Source: Candidatus Parcubacteria bacterium (GTDB lineage Bacteria > Patescibacteriota > Minisyncoccia > Phycocordibacterales > UBA5272). Taken from it: a stretch of DNA of 50,533 nucleotides. The stretch covers positions 1-50,533 of the forward strand of contig JBDLTQ010000014.1 of assembly GCA_039805745.1 (NCBI GenBank), in the 5' to 3' direction. The notes under the pieces were generated by a model, which saw only the letters and a program-made list of their open reading frames with translations, did not search any database and was not told the DNA's origin. A program made the position numbers and the translations under genes. Below, piece after piece: positions 47,064 to 50,533 of the stretch (positions are counted from its first letter, which is position 1; each line of letters begins with the position of its first letter).

Positions 47064-47669
47064 ATGCAGAGACTCTCAAGAGACCAAGCTCTTGAAATTA
47101 TTTCTACGTTTAAAAGAGACCCAGATGCTGGGATCGTCGACAGTTTAATCAACTTGATGCAACTTGCAGACATACTCAGTTGTATAACAACAGAAAGTTG
47201 CGAAGGACATATTGACTGGCTACGTCCGTACCCATACATAGCTTTTACTGTGCCTTATACAGGTGAAGTACGCCATCCACTATGGAAAGTATGGCTATGG
47301 AGAGAAAACTATATCAACAAAAAACAGTCACTTAACATTTTGGAAACAATAGAACGGCGAATCACCTTCACTGTTCACTTCCTCACAAAAGAACTAGTCA
47401 ATCACTATGAGACACATTCAACAAACCCGTTGATGCTATTTTCTGTAGAGAGAACAAGCAGGACATGTTTTATGATTCGACCTGTTTTTGTAAAATATTC
47501 ACAAAGTCTGAGAGAGGCTGGAAACTTTAATGAGCTAGGCACGCTCTTAGAGGAACAGAGGCGAGAGTTTGCTTCTATTTCAAAAATACTTCTCTCTTCC
47601 GTAAAAAGAAATACAGGCTTTAATGGTGTCGAATACAATGGATGCCGAGGCTGTTTAGGGAAACTCTAA
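47064..47669 (+). CDS. Hypothetical cytoplasmic protein with Cys/His cluster
   Basis: AAGGAG Shine-Dalgarno 7 nt upstream of the ATG. SCITTESCEGH near the N-terminus and CRGC at the C-terminus. Own terminator. Confidence 0.7.
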   Translation: MQRLSRDQALEIISTFKRDPDAGIVDSLINLMQLADILSCITTESCEGHIDWLRPYPYIAFTVPYTGEVRHPLWKVWLWRENYINKKQSLNILETIERRITFTVHFLTKELVNHYETHSTNPLMLFSVERTSRTCFMIRPVFVKYSQSLREAGNFNELGTLLEEQRREFASISKILLSSVKRNTGFNGVEYNGCRGCLGKL

Positions 47670-47673
47670 AAAC

Positions 47674-47701
47674 AGTCCGACCAATATGGTCGGACTTTTT
47701 A
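47674..47701 (+). terminator. Rho-independent terminator
   Basis: agtccgacc, aatat, ggtcggact followed by ttttt. Confidence 0.85.
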
Positions 47702-47805
47702 CTGCCAACAATGTCACACATACTGTATGTGTAATGTTATATATAGTATGAGAGGTACGTCGTCGATACCCTCACCGATTTCTTCAGTAAACAAAACACA
47801 TTACT

Positions 47806-48513
47806 ATGAAAAATATTTTTCAAAAAGCGTATTTGTTGCGTATATATCTCGGTTACTTTATCCTTTTTACAGTGATAACTATTGCTGTTTTTGCAACAAC
47901 ATTTACCCTCACAAAGCCGGTACATGCAGCAACATACTCACAAATAACATCTCAGCTTTCTTTTGGAAGTAGAGGTGAAAATGTCACCAACCTTCAACTC
48001 TTTTTAGCTTCAAATAAAGATATATATCCAGAAGGTATGATTACTGGTTACTATGGCCCACTTACACAAGCAGCGGTTGTTCGTTTTCAAAATCAATATG
48101 GCATTGACCCTGTTGGACGAGTTGGCCCAATAACACTACAAAAAATTAATACTCTTATTCTCGGCGGAGGATTCGGTAGTATATCTGATATATCTGGACC
48201 ACAGTTTTATTCAGTCAATCAAACAATAACCTCAACAGGAGCAACATTCACTTGGACAACCAATGAACTAGCTACTGCTAAAATATTTTACTACAACGAC
48301 TGGATAACAATGAACGAAGGAGATATCAACTCGGTTGGTTTCGGTTCAACTAATGGATGGACAGCTACAAATGATGGTTTAGCAAGAATGTCTCAGCAAG
48401 TTATCATCACAGGATTGCAACCAAATACAGTCTATCACTATGTACTAGTCTCAACGGATCTAGCAGGTAACGTAAGTGTATGGAATCCAAATACGACTTT
48501 TAAAACTAAATAA
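47806..48513 (+). CDS. Peptidoglycan-binding (PG_binding_1) protein with fibronectin-III-like domain
   Basis: Signal anchor. GSRGENVTNLQLFLA...GYYGPLTQAAVVRFQNQYGIDPVGRVGPITL. C-terminal TWTTNELATAKIFY...GLQPNTVYHYVLVSTDLAGN. Confidence 0.82.
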   Translation: MKNIFQKAYLLRIYLGYFILFTVITIAVFATTFTLTKPVHAATYSQITSQLSFGSRGENVTNLQLFLASNKDIYPEGMITGYYGPLTQAAVVRFQNQYGIDPVGRVGPITLQKINTLILGGGFGSISDISGPQFYSVNQTITSTGATFTWTTNELATAKIFYYNDWITMNEGDINSVGFGSTNGWTATNDGLARMSQQVIITGLQPNTVYHYVLVSTDLAGNVSVWNPNTTFKTK

Positions 48514-48525
48514 TACCAGTGCCTC

Positions 48526-48574
48526 AAAAGACATATAGCGCTCTTATACTACATAAGAGCGCTATATGTCTTTT
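48526..48574. terminator. Perfect 22-bp hairpin between convergent genes (bidirectional terminator)
   Basis: aaaagacatatagcgctcttat, 5-nt loop, ataagagcgctatatgtctttt. A/T runs at both ends. Confidence 0.85.
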
Positions 48575-48605
48575 GAACTAGATCAGAACTATACACTACG
48601 CAGAT

Positions 48606-48971
48606 TTATGACGATACTTCAACAGTAAACCCTCCGTATGCCAAGCGCTTCATATCAAACGGCATATCTTGATTCTTGTCTGCATATTTTTTTTCGAAAA
48701 ACTCCATCACCTTCTTGTTTACTTCATTTCGGTGTTTCTTTGAACTAAAAGTAATAAATGAAAACCACACCTCTTCATCTTCTTTTACTTTTGCCATTTT
48801 TGGAAATGTGAATACTACATGTGGTGGAACCATATCATCTCCCCTGCATTCTGTATACGACAGCGCACCAAATTTTAACCATGCCGCTTTACCTTCACGT
48901 GCCATCTTTTTATAAGCATCTTTATTTTTCTTTGGTATTGCGAGTACAAATCCATCTACATATTTTGCCAT
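48606..48971 (-). CDS. DUF1428 family protein
   Basis: MAKYVDGFVLAIPKKNKDAYKKMA...LKFGALSYTECRGDD is the typical DUF1428 (YbaA-like) N-terminus. 121 aa. Confidence 0.8.
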   Translation of the reverse strand: MAKYVDGFVLAIPKKNKDAYKKMAREGKAAWLKFGALSYTECRGDDMVPPHVVFTFPKMAKVKEDEEVWFSFITFSSKKHRNEVNKKVMEFFEKKYADKNQDMPFDMKRLAYGGFTVEVSS

Positions 48972-49120
48972 AGTTTTTTTGAATTAGAGTGACACACCTC
49001 TAAGTATAGCAACAAGACCAAAAAAAGGAACTCTCTGTGACGTCAATGGAAATAAGATGCATGCTTTGTTATTAATAAATGGTTAGCATACTAACATGTA
49101 AAACACACTTATTTAAATAA

Positions 49121-49762
49121 TTAAAGCTCAATGATGTATTTCTTATGGAGAGTAATCGGGAGGCCGCTCTTGATTGCTTTATTAAGCGTATCTTGAGTTC
49201 CTGTACTATTATTTACTTGAAATGCGTACACTTCATCTGAGATTTTTACTTCCTCATCATGGCGATCATTGTAGTGATCTTGTGTAATAAGATCACTTTG
49301 CATTTCAATAAGTGATTCAGGATTAACATCTTTTATTTGCTGAAGAAGTTTTTCAAGATCATTTATTGTTTCAATTGTTAACGGTGATACAAGCCAGTTA
49401 GTACGATAATCGTATATGTAACTCTTGAAGAAGGCAGGGATAATGACTTTTATACGTGAAGCATCTGGAAATATTTTCATTGCCTCATCCATAGCAAAAT
49501 AGTCTACACCCGTCGCTCCACCAGTTACAATTCCATGCCCACGAGAAAGCACCCCGCGAACCGCTTGACGAACATCGTTCTCTACTTCTCTATTAGTAAG
49601 TTTCCAAGTGCCTGTAAATAGCGTCCATTTCATATTCGAAATTCTAGCACATTCCTTAGCAAGAACAATCAAACGCTTGAACTCAGTAACAGAATGCTGG
49701 GGTACAAGGACTCGGTCACAAAACTTCTCCTCGCAAACTCGTCGATAAAGTTTCTCGACCAC
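49121..49762 (-). CDS. SLOG/DprA-like Rossmann-fold protein, unknown function
   Basis: GHGIVTGGATGVDYFAMDEA glycine-rich loop and later NNSTGTQDTLNKA. The ORF opens with GTG at 49762; the first ATG at 49633 (MKWTLFTG...) gives about 170 aa. Confidence 0.6.
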   Translation of the reverse strand: MVEKLYRRVCEEKFCDRVLVPQHSVTEFKRLIVLAKECARISNMKWTLFTGTWKLTNREVENDVRQAVRGVLSRGHGIVTGGATGVDYFAMDEAMKIFPDASRIKVIIPAFFKSYIYDYRTNWLVSPLTIETINDLEKLLQQIKDVNPESLIEMQSDLITQDHYNDRHDEEVKISDEVYAFQVNNSTGTQDTLNKAIKSGLPITLHKKYIIEL

Positions 49763-49858
49763 GTATTCGAGTCCTTACCATGAGTGGCGCAGGTCACTCA
49801 CTTACCCTGCAAAATATATTCACCTTGCTCATTATTTTGCTGGCATTATGGGGAGATG

Positions 49859-50436
49859 TTAGAACTTATTTGGAGAATCAGTACCTTTGATTTTCATCTC
49901 CATCTCAGGAAACATAGCCCCACTTTTCATCTTGAACTTTTTATCAGTCCATCTCCTTCCTGTATCTTTAAAACCAAGTCGTTTATAAAATTTTATAGCA
50001 TTGTTGTTGTGAGTAACAACCTCAACTGTTGTGTCCTTAGTTTGATCAATGAATTTTAATGCTTCAATCCAAATTGTATAGCCAATCCCTCTTCCTTGAA
50101 ATTCAGGTAGAACGTAGATCGCTTTTAACTGATTTTTGTCTTCATCCCTAAAGACTAAGCATACCCAGCAATTTTTTTATCAACCTTTGCAACAAAAAAT
50201 CTTTGGTTTTCGAGTTTAAGCTCTCCTTCAATTCTCTTTTTGTATTGCTCAATCCCGTCTGGGTTTAATTTATCTTTATAATATTCATTCACGTCATCAG
50301 CACTTACACCTGGAACACTATTTGGATATGTTGCTAACCATGTCTTATAAAAAACATTTTGAATTTCTTCTGCTTCATGAGGTTCAGCTCTTTCAACGGT
50401 AATTTTGAGTTCCTCAGGGGAAGGTATTGATTCCAT
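49859..50436 (-). pseudogene. GNAT-family N-acetyltransferase interrupted by a single-nucleotide frameshift
   Basis: N-terminal 93 codons (50158..50436) end ...FFVAKVDKKIAGYA-TAG. The -1 frame continues LVFRDEDKNQLKAIYVLPEFQGRGIGYTIW...NAIKFYKRLGF... to a TAA at 49859. Total length is 578 nt (3n+2). Confidence 0.8.
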
Positions 50437-50533
50437 ACCAAAAGTATACCAGGATTAATGTACAACTTGGGGCTCGAACCAATTTTTATTGAAAAATATG
50501 TTCAAAATGTCATGTTAGCTGAAGCTGTGGGAC

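Noticed and set aside
50470-50500. GGTTCGAGCCCC T-arm-like string on the minus strand (possible tRNA or att remnant)
   Set aside because: I could not fold a cloverleaf: no matching acceptor or anticodon arms. It may be a fragment, but the window ends here.

Overview
AT-rich, gene-dense bacterial window. The gene content looks like a Candidate Phyla Radiation / Patescibacteria (Parcubacteria-like) genome; this is inference, no search was run. Supporting content: a secretin-less type IV pilus/competence locus, a GH57 + GH15 + archaeal-type PGI/PMI glycogen operon, cohesin/dockerin surface proteins, gatC-gatA without gatB, and many signal-anchored hypothetical proteins.

Layout:
- 1-1.9 kb: three tRNAs (Asp, elongator-type CAT, initiator fMet) around one orphan ORF.
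- 2.1-18.8 kb: one long minus-strand run. It holds pilM, N/O-like genes, pilB, pilT, pilC, major pilin, pilD, four minor pilins, ligA, gatC, gatA, and a Ca-repeat/TM/HEPN-like protein.
- 18.9-22.5 kb: comF, a secreted helical protein, ung, a flavoprotein.
- 22.6-28.8 kb: plus-strand glycogen-to-F6P operon.
- 29-30.6 kb: FAD-linked oxidase.
- 30.7-44.5 kb: nine-gene minus-strand operon encoding only exported or membrane-anchored proteins of unknown function.
- 44.6-50.5 kb: VOC enzyme, L,D-transpeptidase, PG-binding protein, DUF1428, SLOG-like protein, and a frameshifted GNAT.

The most interesting item is the 30.7-44.5 kb operon. It encodes three paralogs sharing a Trp-less WxL-like C-terminal domain, one of them a 1091-aa protein with five ~170-aa tandem modules. 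It also encodes a DUF916/DUF3324-like membrane protein, one dockerin and two cohesin proteins, a class-A beta-lactamase-fold hydrolase, and an 856-aa Ser/Thr-rich protein.

Two of these genes and the major pilin gene share an upstream TTATCCAC[A/T]...ATAGGT element. I saw no CRISPR array, rRNA, integrase or transposase. All coordinates read off the sequence by hand may be off by 1-2 nt.
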